Position numbers and translations under genes: made by a program. This document shows, piece by piece, positions 19,609 to 29,491 of a DNA stretch of 64,000 bases. Positions within the stretch are counted from its first letter, which is position 1. Each line of letters begins with the position of its first letter. Under the pieces are notes generated by a model. It was not told where the DNA came from. It made no database searches and saw nothing but the letters and a program-made list of their open reading frames with translations. This DNA is from Poseidonia sp. (GTDB lineage Archaea > Thermoplasmatota > Poseidoniia > Poseidoniales > Poseidoniaceae): positions 90,610 to 154,609 of the forward strand of contig JAKMEE010000022.1 in assembly GCA_022426155.1 (NCBI GenBank), written 5' to 3'.

Positions 19609-20079
19609 TCAGGCACGCGGGTCCTGTGGGCCTTCAGTTCGCTGGATTTCAACTCCATGTTGGTCAAGGTAGCCAATTCCATTTTCTCCCATGAAGCCGC
19701 CATCAACAATGACTACTCGAGCGATACCTGCGTGGTGGATTAACTTAGCACACATCATGCAGGGTTCACCCGTGACGATAAGCCAGGCGTTATTGGTTGA
19801 AACTCCGTTGGCGGCCGCGTTACAAATCAAGTTCATTTCAGCGTGATGACAGCCGATTTCAACACGCGTACCTGAGGCGATGTTCATGGTGTCACGAAGG
19901 CATTCTTCTCCTCCACACAAACGCCCCCCTCCCCGAGGTCCGCCATTGTACCCATCCATGAGGACAACATTTCGCTCTGGGTCGACGAGTAATGCTCCAA
20001 AGGTTCGCCTTGGGCAATTTGAAGCCTCAGCTAGGGCAAGACATTGTTGAATTCGGATGGCCAAGTGCTTTGGTTTCAT
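19609..20079 (-). CDS. dCMP/CMP deaminase (zinc-dependent cytidine deaminase fold)
   Basis: HAEMNLI and PCMMCAKLI give the H-A-E ... P-C-x-x-C zinc-binding signature. Size is typical for dCMP deaminase. Confidence 0.85.
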   Translation of the reverse strand: MKPKHLAIRIQQCLALAEASNCPRRTFGALLVDPERNVVLMDGYNGGPRGGGRLCGGEECLRDTMNIASGTRVEIGCHHAEMNLICNAAANGVSTNNAWLIVTGEPCMMCAKLIHHAGIARVVIVDGGFMGENGIGYLDQHGVEIQRTEGPQDPRA

Positions 20080-20096
20080 GCTCTCACCACCTTGCT

Positions 20097-21404
20097 TCAG
20101 TCTCCCTTCTTGTTTGATTGCTTCGCATCATCATTTTGCTGAATGAACTGGTTCAAACTTTGCAAGACGTTCCCCTGCATGTACAATGAACCAATTGAAA
20201 CAACGCAGGTGTCCGTCGAAAATTGCTTCATGAGATATTCAACAGCCATCGCAGGTTGAGGGTACAAGTGTGTGGGTATGCTTGAGTCAAATTCATTGAA
20301 TAATTCGCCAACGGGAACAGCCGGGTACCGCCCTCCTTGAGGTTCGCTCAAAACAATGCATTGCGGGGGGAACTCGTTGCATGCAGCCAACAAGGGCCGA
20401 AGCATGGCTGCCAGGTTGACTTGGGGTGAAGTTCCAAACAACAGAACCCATGCACCAGAAATGACGGCTGGTAACCGACATATTTCACTCATGGAGCGTT
20501 CCATGCCACTGGGGTTGTGCGCTCCATCGAGGAGATATGTAGGGGCGTGACCTGAGGGCGATGACCATCGTTGCATCCGAGCAGGCCAATTCACTCCGCT
20601 CATTCTTGGAAATGTTGTATCCGATATCATCGAGAGACGTTTCCAAACAGCCTCTGCAAGAACAATCGCTTCGGCGTGATATGTCGCATCTTCTGGAATG
20701 GCCACAATTTCAACATGAGCAGAGCCTTTCTCTTCACCAAGTGCTTCATTTCCAGCATTGAGGGCTACGGTTTCAATGACCCTCATTACTTCAGCATTTT
20801 CAGGTTTGCGAACGATGAGTGGGGAATTTGGGCGAGCAATAGCCGCTTTTTCTTTGGCAATTTCTGGTAATGTGGCCCCTAACACATCTGTGTGTTCCAA
20901 AGAAAGTGATGTGATGAGACATACATCTGCGGCCACTGTCCGAGTCGCATCCAACCGCCCGCCGAGTCCGGTTTCCAATACGAGAACCTCGACCCCGATT
21001 TGATTGGCCAATATCATGGCGGTGAGGAATGTGACCTCAAAGAAAGTCAATTCACCTCCTTCATCGATCTTATGCACCCTTTCAAGAGCTTCATCAAACA
21101 GAGATGAGGCTATGCTTTCCCCGTTCACCCTAATTCGCTCTTCCACTTGGATCAGATGAGGAGATGAAAAGAGAAGATTTGAAATTCCTCTGAGTGAGAG
21201 TGCCGCTGTCAATGCAGCGCAGCACGTTCCCTTTCCATTACTCCCAGCAACGTGTACGGTGAAAGGGCGCTTCTTCTTCATCCCGAGGGCGTTGAGCGCT
21301 CTGGCGGTGTTGGTCAAGCCCAGCGACATCCCTCGCTGTTTGGTGGATTCAAGCCATGCACGCATCTCCGCGTGGTCCACCATGAACCTCCCACCCAGCC
21401 TCAT
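20097..21404 (-). CDS. folC: Folylpolyglutamate synthase / dihydrofolate synthase (Mur ligase family)
   Basis: P-loop VHVAGSNGKGT, FEVTFLTAM, LETGLGGRLDAT and DGAHNP are typical FolC blocks. The start is uncertain (ATG 21404, 21383 or further in). Confidence 0.8.
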   Translation of the reverse strand: MRLGGRFMVDHAEMRAWLESTKQRGMSLGLTNTARALNALGMKKKRPFTVHVAGSNGKGTCCAALTAALSLRGISNLLFSSPHLIQVEERIRVNGESIASSLFDEALERVHKIDEGGELTFFEVTFLTAMILANQIGVEVLVLETGLGGRLDATRTVAADVCLITSLSLEHTDVLGATLPEIAKEKAAIARPNSPLIVRKPENAEVMRVIETVALNAGNEALGEEKGSAHVEIVAIPEDATYHAEAIVLAEAVWKRLSMISDTTFPRMSGVNWPARMQRWSSPSGHAPTYLLDGAHNPSGMERSMSEICRLPAVISGAWVLLFGTSPQVNLAAMLRPLLAACNEFPPQCIVLSEPQGGRYPAVPVGELFNEFDSSIPTHLYPQPAMAVEYLMKQFSTDTCVVSIGSLYMQGNVLQSLNQFIQQNDDAKQSNKKGD

Positions 21405-21455
21405 GGCATAGCATCTTCCTAGCGCAAATCCCTCCCCATTGAACGCGAGGCTGAT

Positions 21456-23663
21456 ATGAGAGGGAGGATTCGCAGAAGCATGAGCGATGAAACCGGACCG
21501 GCGGATGCCCCTCGCGTTTCACAACGTTTCTCAGAAGTTGAGGACGAATTACGGCGTGAAGATACCCTTCTTTCATTGTTCAAAGAACAATGGGTGGGGA
21601 TGTCAGGGATGGCTGGTATGTTTGTTGTCACCATCGCTCTTGCCATGTACATGCGCCCCTACTACGATGTTGGCGAACTGCATGCATTTGGGGCATCAGG
21701 TGCGACTCAGGTTCGATATGTAGCCATCGAATTGCTGGCAATTTTTGTCTTTACAGCGTTGATCATAACGTTAGCGAAATACAAGAAAGACTGGATTATC
21801 AAGTATGGAATGATGGGAGTTCTCACCCTTGCCATGCTCTACAGCACCATTCCTTTGGCTCACGTAATGTTGATTGATTTTGAACCCGAACCGTACGTTG
21901 TGGATAGCACGGATGAACTTCAAGGAGATTATCTCGGAGAATGGGGCGATAGTGGCTTCATCACTGCAGAGTTGATCGGAGAAGGCGGTGACTTTGATGT
22001 TATCATTTCAGCCTGGGATGTCAATCAGGGACTCGATGCCCCTGTATGGAACATGACTCATGACCATTCGACATACGATGATTTGAATAGAGTACGAATG
22101 GTTACGGGTGACGGTGAATTGAGTTTCACGAGTGGAGAATGGTCCTGGGTTCTCGATTCTGCAACGGGAGAATTATTGCACACTTATGCATGCCACGAGC
22201 TCAGTGAGGATGGTGAGCCTCAACCCTTCCTTCAAATTAGAACTGGATGTGAGCTTGCTGTGAAAACCGATGACGCAATCTATTACATCAACAGCCAAGA
22301 TGAATTGTTCCGTTACAACACCTTTGAAGTGACCCCTGAATTCCCCGAAGGTCAGATTTTTCAGGCCAAGTGGGCCATCCCTGACCTTGATATTCGAGAC
22401 GGCCTCGTCAGAGCGGAATTGCTTGATGATGAACACCTGTTCATCGTTTCCACAAGCATGAGCACTGTTTTATTTCTTGAAACATCATCAGGTGGAATAG
22501 AAAATATCAGTACGGCAACGCTGCTTTACACTCAGAATTCCGCCTCAACATTCACCAGTGCAGACATCGGCGTTTCTCCCTTCTCAACAACCAACATCTC
22601 GATGACACCTTCCAATCAACGCATGCTTCTCACCGGGCAATCCGATGGAACCATTACGGGTGTGGAGTGGAATGGCTCTGCGGTTCAAGATGAACAATTT
22701 GTTCTTCAAAGTCGCATGATGTTGGATAATTTGGTAACACATGTGTCCTCGTTGCAAATCACCGATCTTGATGAAGATGGCTTCACAGATTTACTCATTG
22801 CAGATACAACGGAAGCCCACTGGCTGTTCACCACATCATTGGTTGATCGAGGCGTTTTCCCTGTGGCTGAAGACGCACTTTACACCTTCTTCAACATCAA
22901 TGAAGACACAACCAAATTGGTATCGGTTGCGTTCGACATTGAATCCATGACCATCACGATTGAGCAAGGCGACCTCGTCTACGAGATGTTCCCGTTGTAT
23001 GGCATTCAGTTAGAAACCGTTCCGACCTTGATTGGACTGGCAGTCACAGTAATTCTCATGATTCTCCTCTTTGTTCACAGTGAATGGTACGTGGTCAATA
23101 CGACCGGAGTTTTGCTTGGTGCTGGGGTTTGTGTGATGCTGGGCGTCACATTTGTCCCCGGTCTGGCGATTTTGTTCATGATACTTGCAGCAATCTACGA
23201 CGGATGGGCGGTTTACAAATCCAAACATATGCTAGACCTTGCTGACACCATGATTGGACTTCGTTTGCCAATATTACTCGTGGCCCCTCAAGACAAAGGT
23301 TACTCCTTGATTGAAGAAACGGACGGTCCAAAGAGTCAGAAAAAGATGTCGGACAAACCCAAACCGACAAAATCCTCAAAGAAAGGACGAGAAGCCATGT
23401 TCATGGGACTCGGCGATGTCATTTTCCCAGGAATGTTGGTGCTTTCAGCCATGCAATGGTTGGATGAAAGTGTTGCCTTCAGTGTTGCAATGACAACCCT
23501 GTTGGGCGGACTCATGGGCTATCTTGCTTTGATGACCTATGTGGCTCGAGGGAAAGCACAAGCTGGTCTTCCCTTGCTTAACGGCGGCGCAATTTTAGGC
23601 TATCTCATCGGGGGCTTGTTCTTCGTTGGGACGGGGATCTTCCAGTTTAACATCACGTGGTGA
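21456..23663 (+). CDS. Presenilin/signal-peptide-peptidase-like intramembrane aspartyl protease (family A22) with a large extracytoplasmic insertion
   Basis: YD motif in a TM helix (AAIYDGWAVY, nt 23196-23201). GxGD motif in the next TM after a Lys-rich loop (FMGLGDVIFPG, nt 23406-23417). A PAL-like AGLPLLNGG helix follows. About 380 soluble residues sit between predicted TM3 and TM4. Confidence 0.6.
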   Translation: MRGRIRRSMSDETGPADAPRVSQRFSEVEDELRREDTLLSLFKEQWVGMSGMAGMFVVTIALAMYMRPYYDVGELHAFGASGATQVRYVAIELLAIFVFTALIITLAKYKKDWIIKYGMMGVLTLAMLYSTIPLAHVMLIDFEPEPYVVDSTDELQGDYLGEWGDSGFITAELIGEGGDFDVIISAWDVNQGLDAPVWNMTHDHSTYDDLNRVRMVTGDGELSFTSGEWSWVLDSATGELLHTYACHELSEDGEPQPFLQIRTGCELAVKTDDAIYYINSQDELFRYNTFEVTPEFPEGQIFQAKWAIPDLDIRDGLVRAELLDDEHLFIVSTSMSTVLFLETSSGGIENISTATLLYTQNSASTFTSADIGVSPFSTTNISMTPSNQRMLLTGQSDGTITGVEWNGSAVQDEQFVLQSRMMLDNLVTHVSSLQITDLDEDGFTDLLIADTTEAHWLFTTSLVDRGVFPVAEDALYTFFNINEDTTKLVSVAFDIESMTITIEQGDLVYEMFPLYGIQLETVPTLIGLAVTVILMILLFVHSEWYVVNTTGVLLGAGVCVMLGVTFVPGLAILFMILAAIYDGWAVYKSKHMLDLADTMIGLRLPILLVAPQDKGYSLIEETDGPKSQKKMSDKPKPTKSSKKGREAMFMGLGDVIFPGMLVLSAMQWLDESVAFSVAMTTLLGGLMGYLALMTYVARGKAQAGLPLLNGGAILGYLIGGLFFVGTGIFQFNITW

Positions 23664-23668
23664 TTTCA

Positions 23669-24961
23669 ATGTTGGATATGGCGCTTTTCAGAGAACACGC
23701 CGAACTTATTCGTGCGGACCATACCAAGCGTGGTTTACCTCATGACAACATTGACCGCATCATTGAATTGGATCAATCGTGGCGGAATTTACTTCACGAA
23801 ACCGACCTGCTACGACGAGAAAAAAATGAGGCTGCACGAGGCATTGGTGCAGCGAAGAAAGCGGGAGATCAAGCCAAAGCTGAGGAAATACTTGCACAGG
23901 TAGCCAATCTCGGTCAAGCCATTTCAGCCATGGAAGAAGAAACCAAACAAGCCATGGTCGAGCGAGATCGTCTACGAATGTCCGTCCCAAACATCCTGCA
24001 TGAGGACGTTCCAATTGGAGCCGATGAATCAGGAAATACGGTCCACGGTGTTCATGGTGACAAGCCAACCTTCACCTTTGAACCACGCACTCACAACGAC
24101 CTTATCGAAATGAATCGTTGGGTGGATTTGAAGCGCGCTGCAAAAATAACTGGAAGTCGCTTTTACTTCCTCAAGGGCGATTTAGCACGTATGGAATTTG
24201 CCCTTCAACAATACGCTGTCAATTTCTTGCGTGAGCGAGAGTTTAGTTTCGTTCAACCCCCTGTGATGATGAATCGGGAGGCTTATGAGGGTGTCACAGA
24301 CCTTGCAGATTTTGAAACCGTGATGTACGGTGTTGAACCCGACCAATACTACATGATAGCAACGGCCGAGCATCCCCTTACGGCCATGTTCATGGATGAG
24401 ACAATCCCAGAGGATCAACTGCCATTACGCCTTGTTGGGGTTTCGTCCTGTTTCCGACGCGAAGTGGGAAGCCATGGGCAATCTGATCTCGGCATTTGGC
24501 GTGTTCACCAGTTCACAAAAATTGAACAAATCATCATCGCTCGTCCTGAAGATTCATGGAAATTGCACGAAGAGTTGCTATCAAATTGTGTTGATTTGTG
24601 GAATAGCCTCGGCATTCACTTTGAAATCGTGAACATCTGTACTGGAGATATGGGTACTGTTGCAGCCAAGAAGTACGACCTTGAAGCTTGGATTCCAGGA
24701 GCTGAGCAATACAAAGAAATCGTTTCATGTTCAAACTGCACTGATTATCAGGCCAATCGCTTGAAAATCCGCTACGGCCAGCCAGGCCACCCCAACCAAC
24801 CCATAGTACACACACTCAATTCGACTGCTGTGGCCACATCAAGGGCTCTTGTTGCCATCATGGAGCAGTATCAACTCGAAGATGGGAAAGTGGCAATTCC
24901 AGAAGCACTGCAAGCATATATGGGTGGGCAAACAGTTTTGGAGCCATGTCAGTGGGGTTGA
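23669..24961 (+). CDS. serS: Seryl-tRNA synthetase
   Basis: MLDMALFREH... N-terminal coiled-coil arm and class-II core SCFRREVGSHGQSDLGIWRVHQFTKIE. Start at ATG 23669, just after the upstream stop. Confidence 0.9.
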   Translation: MLDMALFREHAELIRADHTKRGLPHDNIDRIIELDQSWRNLLHETDLLRREKNEAARGIGAAKKAGDQAKAEEILAQVANLGQAISAMEEETKQAMVERDRLRMSVPNILHEDVPIGADESGNTVHGVHGDKPTFTFEPRTHNDLIEMNRWVDLKRAAKITGSRFYFLKGDLARMEFALQQYAVNFLREREFSFVQPPVMMNREAYEGVTDLADFETVMYGVEPDQYYMIATAEHPLTAMFMDETIPEDQLPLRLVGVSSCFRREVGSHGQSDLGIWRVHQFTKIEQIIIARPEDSWKLHEELLSNCVDLWNSLGIHFEIVNICTGDMGTVAAKKYDLEAWIPGAEQYKEIVSCSNCTDYQANRLKIRYGQPGHPNQPIVHTLNSTAVATSRALVAIMEQYQLEDGKVAIPEALQAYMGGQTVLEPCQWG

Positions 24962-24967
24962 GTTAAG

Positions 24968-26335
24968 ATGCGACGCAAAACACAATCCATGTTTCTCCTA
25001 TTGCTCTTTGTCATGGCTCCGCTATCTGGGTGTTTTGGTGAATCGAATAATGCCGCAATTATCCCTTCTCTTGAAGTCGATGAGTCCAATTCAACAGTGG
25101 CCACCCGTGGTCAAACATTCACGCTTAACGTCACCTCGAACGTGGATTGGACTATCTCAAGGTCACCGGGAGTGTATTTCATGGACGAATTTGGTGTTCA
25201 CCGTACAGATGTCAATTTCACACTCCCTGCTAGTCAGAACAACGTAAGCATGTTGGTCTTGGATACGGAACGAGAGACCATCGAATTGCAGGTGACGGCC
25301 GGTACTGAAGAGTGGAACACCACCTTGACACTTGAAGACAGTGCGGACTTGATGTTGGTGGATGGGCGTCGCGCCTACCAAACCATTGACATGCTAACAT
25401 CCCAATACAACAATCGCTGGTGCGCCAGTGCTTCAATTCACGAAGGGGGTTCAGCCTACGAAGCAGCAGCAGAAGCCATGGCAGTAGAGATGCGGGACAT
25501 GGGCTTTGACTTCGTCGAAGTCACCCGGTACGATGACGACCCTGATCAACTCAACGTTGTCGGCTACAATTACGGCCGCTTATATCCAGACCAATACATC
25601 GTCATCGGAGGCCACTTCGACATCGCTTACGCCTTTACGCCACCCAGCGGAGGTACAAACGAGGGAGCAAACGATGACACATCGGGTTCAACGGTTTCAC
25701 TTGAAATGGCACAAGCGCTGGCCAAAATGGAGTTTGATCACACCGTTGTTGCAGCGTTGTGGGCTTGCGAAGAAGAGGGACTTCTCGGTTCAGCAGCTTA
25801 TGTGGCCCATCTTCCAGCAAATGTTTCTGTGCGAGCCTACATGAATTTCGACATGGTTTCACTCAATTACCCCATCACTCCTCTTACTGAGCCTATCGTT
25901 GGCCCAGGCGGCGAAATATTCGCTCCAACAAAATATGACTGGGACATTGCCATCGCAGGGGCCAATCAGAGTAACATGGAACGCATGGTTGAATGGGTGG
26001 GTGAGACCATTGAGGATGATTTGGCTTACACCCCAACAGAAGGAAACCCAATCACTTGGCAAATCGCAGAATCATGCGCATCGGACCACTGTTCCTTTTT
26101 CTCAGCAGGTTATCCAACCTTCAATTTCTTCAGTCCAGGAGGTGACATTTCCTTTTGGCAGGAATGGCACTCCCCCTCAGATACACTTGAGTTTATGACG
26201 GCCAAAGCAGGAGGCCAAACAGGAATGGAAAGCGGCTTCAACAGCCTTGTATGGTCATCAATGGATCTCTTCATTCGAGTGGACAACGCCGAAAACTTCC
26301 AAGGACGCTGGGCTGATGAAGGCAGTTCTGATTGA
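24968..26335 (+). CDS. Secreted lipobox M28-family aminopeptidase
   Basis: Signal peptide ends in LSGC (Cys codon 25031-25033). M28 metal-ligand blocks are present: GGHFD, GANDDTSG, EEEGLLGS. Confidence 0.8.
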   Translation: MRRKTQSMFLLLLFVMAPLSGCFGESNNAAIIPSLEVDESNSTVATRGQTFTLNVTSNVDWTISRSPGVYFMDEFGVHRTDVNFTLPASQNNVSMLVLDTERETIELQVTAGTEEWNTTLTLEDSADLMLVDGRRAYQTIDMLTSQYNNRWCASASIHEGGSAYEAAAEAMAVEMRDMGFDFVEVTRYDDDPDQLNVVGYNYGRLYPDQYIVIGGHFDIAYAFTPPSGGTNEGANDDTSGSTVSLEMAQALAKMEFDHTVVAALWACEEEGLLGSAAYVAHLPANVSVRAYMNFDMVSLNYPITPLTEPIVGPGGEIFAPTKYDWDIAIAGANQSNMERMVEWVGETIEDDLAYTPTEGNPITWQIAESCASDHCSFFSAGYPTFNFFSPGGDISFWQEWHSPSDTLEFMTAKAGGQTGMESGFNSLVWSSMDLFIRVDNAENFQGRWADEGSSD

Positions 26336-26489
26336 GTAAGCCACTGTGACTCAGGCATTACTCAGACTGATGGCTTTTCCGCCCGGGCATTGGGCTGTGA
26401 ATCAACGTTCAAGATAGCGCACTCTTTGGAAGAATATTCTTGAAATATGCCCCACGGAGCCTTCTATGGATGGAGAGATTTGGGGTGTT

Positions 26490-27407
26490 TCAATCGATTT
26501 GGAGTTCGTTTGGCTCAACAGAAAAACCAAACATCAAGGCGGCGAGTAACACCCATCCTGTCAACATTGAAGCACGGAATAGCACGGTTTGGAAATCAAC
26601 AAACCTCTCCCTAGCCAACACCACCCAGATATTGACCAAAGCCATCAAACCTGCAGCAGCAAGGAACCAGATGCCGTCCATAGGGTCGGATATTGCAAAG
26701 CAAGCAAACCAAAGTAAGGTGAGTTGAACGGTTGTTCGAGTTGTTGCTTTATCATCAAAGGTTGATGGGAATGAATGGATTCCTTGTTCCTGGTCACTAT
26801 CCACATCCATCCTGGCGTAATTGATGTCAAAGGCAGCAATCCATAGAGCGACGCCAATTGAAATGGGCAGGACGGTCGGCGCCCAGAGGAACTCGGTGTG
26901 GGATGGGAATTGCCCTGTGATGGCTGCCCACCCGTGAACATCTGCGGCAATAGCTACCCAAGCCCCCGCTGGAGCGAGGCCTAAACACAGTCCGAGCCAA
27001 AAGTGGCACAACCATGTGTATCGCTTCATGTATGGGTAGATAACAAAGGCCAAGACCGGCAACCACGCCATCATGAGAGCGACCTGATTGAGCAAGCCTG
27101 CGCTCACCAAGAGCAAGAGCAAGAAAGCCCCTGCAAGGCCCCATGCTGTGCTCAAACCCATGGCGCCTGAGGCTAGATGACGATCTTTTGTTCTTGGATT
27201 CGCAGCATCAATGTCTTTGTCGATAATTCGGTTCAGTGCCATGGCAAGGCCCCTTGCCCCTATAGCAGCCAATAGGATCCAGAGTAGGTCGATACCAGGT
27301 TTAATGTTGAATTGGTCAATGGCGATGAAATATCCAACGAGCACAAATGGAAGAGAAAAAAGTGTGTGTTCAATTTTGATGAATGAAAGCACCTGCTTGA
27401 TGTCCAT
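26490..27407 (-). CDS. ubiA: UbiA-family aromatic prenyltransferase
   Basis: Polytopic membrane protein with NRIIDKDIDAANPRTKDR (NxxxDxxxD) and a second Asp-rich motif (DINYARMDVDSD). Its start overlaps the ubiD stop (TGATG on the minus strand). Confidence 0.8.
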   Translation of the reverse strand: MDIKQVLSFIKIEHTLFSLPFVLVGYFIAIDQFNIKPGIDLLWILLAAIGARGLAMALNRIIDKDIDAANPRTKDRHLASGAMGLSTAWGLAGAFLLLLLVSAGLLNQVALMMAWLPVLAFVIYPYMKRYTWLCHFWLGLCLGLAPAGAWVAIAADVHGWAAITGQFPSHTEFLWAPTVLPISIGVALWIAAFDINYARMDVDSDQEQGIHSFPSTFDDKATTRTTVQLTLLWFACFAISDPMDGIWFLAAAGLMALVNIWVVLARERFVDFQTVLFRASMLTGWVLLAALMFGFSVEPNELQID

Positions 27408-29359
27408 CACACAGGCCCCTCAAATGAAAGATGGGGAGGCCATTTGTATTTAGACAACTCGGGATGCTTGGCTACTTTGGCTAGCGTATCTTCGTCGTGA
27501 AGGGTGATGGCAGGCCAGCGGCGAACCCCAAAGGCCTCTGAGGGAATGGGCGTGGTTGCATCCCAGCAGAGTCGTTCCTTGGATTCGTCAAAGGTTAAGC
27601 CCCGTCCTACATCAAAGCGAGAAGTTAGTTGCCAAAGCAAACGGCGCCGAGCCTTTGGGCCGTGTAAATCCACATCGTCATTGGTGATAAAAATCCAGCG
27701 CAAGTCCTTAGAACCCTTCAATTGCCAAATTGAATTTCGCAATTGAATAATTCGCTCCCTACGGGCTGATTCCGCGTCATCATTGGAGAGATGACCTCCC
27801 TCGAGAGGAGTCGGTGTCCCTTCGATGTGGGTTGAGACAACGAGCATGCTTCCTCGAAGCATTCGCGCTTGGACAACATTCTCAATTTCTTTCACTTCAG
27901 CGAGGTTTTCAAATTCCGGAGGTGCTTCAAGTCCCTGTCGCCATGAAGGCACATCGATACCGAACGATCCTTCGAGGGGTTCGTGATGGCTACGTGGATC
28001 GGCTCTAGGCAATGTTGTGGCATCGATAAGGAGTTTTGAATGAACGTTCTCATAGGGGCTTGCAGCCTCAAGTGAATCTGCAACCATCCCCTCAAGAATT
28101 GTCAAGTCAGTCGGTATGTGCACTTTGTCATTTAGCGCATCCAGGAAAGCTTCCAAATCCTTTGTGTTGGTTTCTTCGTCCACCATGGCCATGATCTTGA
28201 GGAACATCATTTGCCCCGCACCGAGTAAGCCCAATCCAGTTTTTCGAGCTTGGCGTGGATACCGCTGCTTTGAAGCGGCGATAGCAAGGTTATGGAACCC
28301 AGTCTCTAAGGGGAGGTGGACAGAACGAATATCACGATGTTGAAACCGAAGCACAGGCGAGAACTGACGCCCAATTGCCTCACCAAGGTAACCGTCTTCC
28401 ATGGGCGGTAAGCCAACAATGGTGGCTGGCAATACTGCGTCTTTTCGAGTGGTGATGGCTGTGACATGCAAAACTGGATATTGTCCCGTTAGTGAATAGA
28501 ATCCAAAATGATCACCAAAGGGCCCTTCCGTTTGGGTTTCTCCAGGTATGCAATAGCCTTCGATGACAATATCGGCTTCGGCTGGGACCATCAAATCCTG
28601 GGTGAGTGCTTTGGTGATGGGCAACGATGAGCGACCAAGGATTCCAGCAAATTGGTATTCTGAGAGATTATCTGGGAGCGGGGATATGGCTGAAAAGATT
28701 AGTTCAGGAGGTCCTCCAATGCACACTGCTACTGGCATTTTGGCACCGGGCCCTAGGGCGGCGGCATGGTCTGCGGCGTGCTTGTGAATTTGCCAGTGCA
28801 GGCCAAGCTCCTTCGGGCCGAATACCTGGGCTCTGTACATCCCGAGATTATGCTCTCCGCTCTCTGGGTCTTTGGTGACGACCAGAGGGAGTGTGACGAA
28901 ATGCCCACCGTCCATTGGCCAAGTCTTAGGGATGGGTAGGCGGGTTAGGTCCAAGGGAATTCGGACACGTTGACTTGCTCCTTTCCGCTTCTTCTTCGGT
29001 GGCATAGCAAATGCATCTCGTGCGAGGGGAAGGGCTTTCCATGGTCGTTTCGTCATCGCTCCAATGTCGGGCTTCATCATTGCTACCATCCGGTCACCAA
29101 TCGATGTTTCATGGGTGGCTCCTAGCGCCCGTAGTGTTCGGTCGTGTGAGCCAAAGAGGTTCATGGCAAGTGGGATGGTTGCGATGCTACCGTCGGGTAG
29201 GCGCGGTTGTTCAAACAACACTGCAGGGCCGTCATTCTTGACCAAGAGGTCGGCGATGGCTCCTGCTTCGTAGACAACATCCACGGGCCGGTCAATACGA
29301 ATCAACTCACCTCGTTGCTCGAGGTGAGTCATCCAGCGTTTCAGAGTCCGCCATGCCAC
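27407..29359 (-). CDS. ubiD: UbiD-family (prenyl-FMN-dependent) decarboxylase with a C-terminal extension
   Basis: The UbiD-like N-terminus WRTLKRWMTHLEQRGELIRIDRPVD is followed by the core MNLFGS, GGHFVTLPLV, YRAQV and GGPP. Start placed at GTG 29359; the upstream 87 codons of the ORF run through the divergent promoter and into the opposite gene. Confidence 0.8.
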   Translation of the reverse strand: MAWRTLKRWMTHLEQRGELIRIDRPVDVVYEAGAIADLLVKNDGPAVLFEQPRLPDGSIATIPLAMNLFGSHDRTLRALGATHETSIGDRMVAMMKPDIGAMTKRPWKALPLARDAFAMPPKKKRKGASQRVRIPLDLTRLPIPKTWPMDGGHFVTLPLVVTKDPESGEHNLGMYRAQVFGPKELGLHWQIHKHAADHAAALGPGAKMPVAVCIGGPPELIFSAISPLPDNLSEYQFAGILGRSSLPITKALTQDLMVPAEADIVIEGYCIPGETQTEGPFGDHFGFYSLTGQYPVLHVTAITTRKDAVLPATIVGLPPMEDGYLGEAIGRQFSPVLRFQHRDIRSVHLPLETGFHNLAIAASKQRYPRQARKTGLGLLGAGQMMFLKIMAMVDEETNTKDLEAFLDALNDKVHIPTDLTILEGMVADSLEAASPYENVHSKLLIDATTLPRADPRSHHEPLEGSFGIDVPSWRQGLEAPPEFENLAEVKEIENVVQARMLRGSMLVVSTHIEGTPTPLEGGHLSNDDAESARRERIIQLRNSIWQLKGSKDLRWIFITNDDVDLHGPKARRRLLWQLTSRFDVGRGLTFDESKERLCWDATTPIPSEAFGVRRWPAITLHDEDTLAKVAKHPELSKYKWPPHLSFEGPV

Positions 29360-29491
29360 ACCCTCCCGTGGGACTTCTTGGCTTTGAACCTCCGTATTTA
29401 TTCGGCGTGCTGTTTGGGCGGTTGACGACCATCTGGACCTACCGTTTTCTTCATGTGCCTCATCATGCCTCTTCAAATTAGGAGGGGCCTG

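Noticed and set aside
26430-26441. Perfect 12-nt palindrome AAGAATATTCTT in the convergent spacer between the M28 peptidase and ubiA genes
   Set aside because: It is a single copy with no loop and no flanking T-tract. It could arise by chance in an A/T-rich spacer, and there is no evidence for a terminator or operator.
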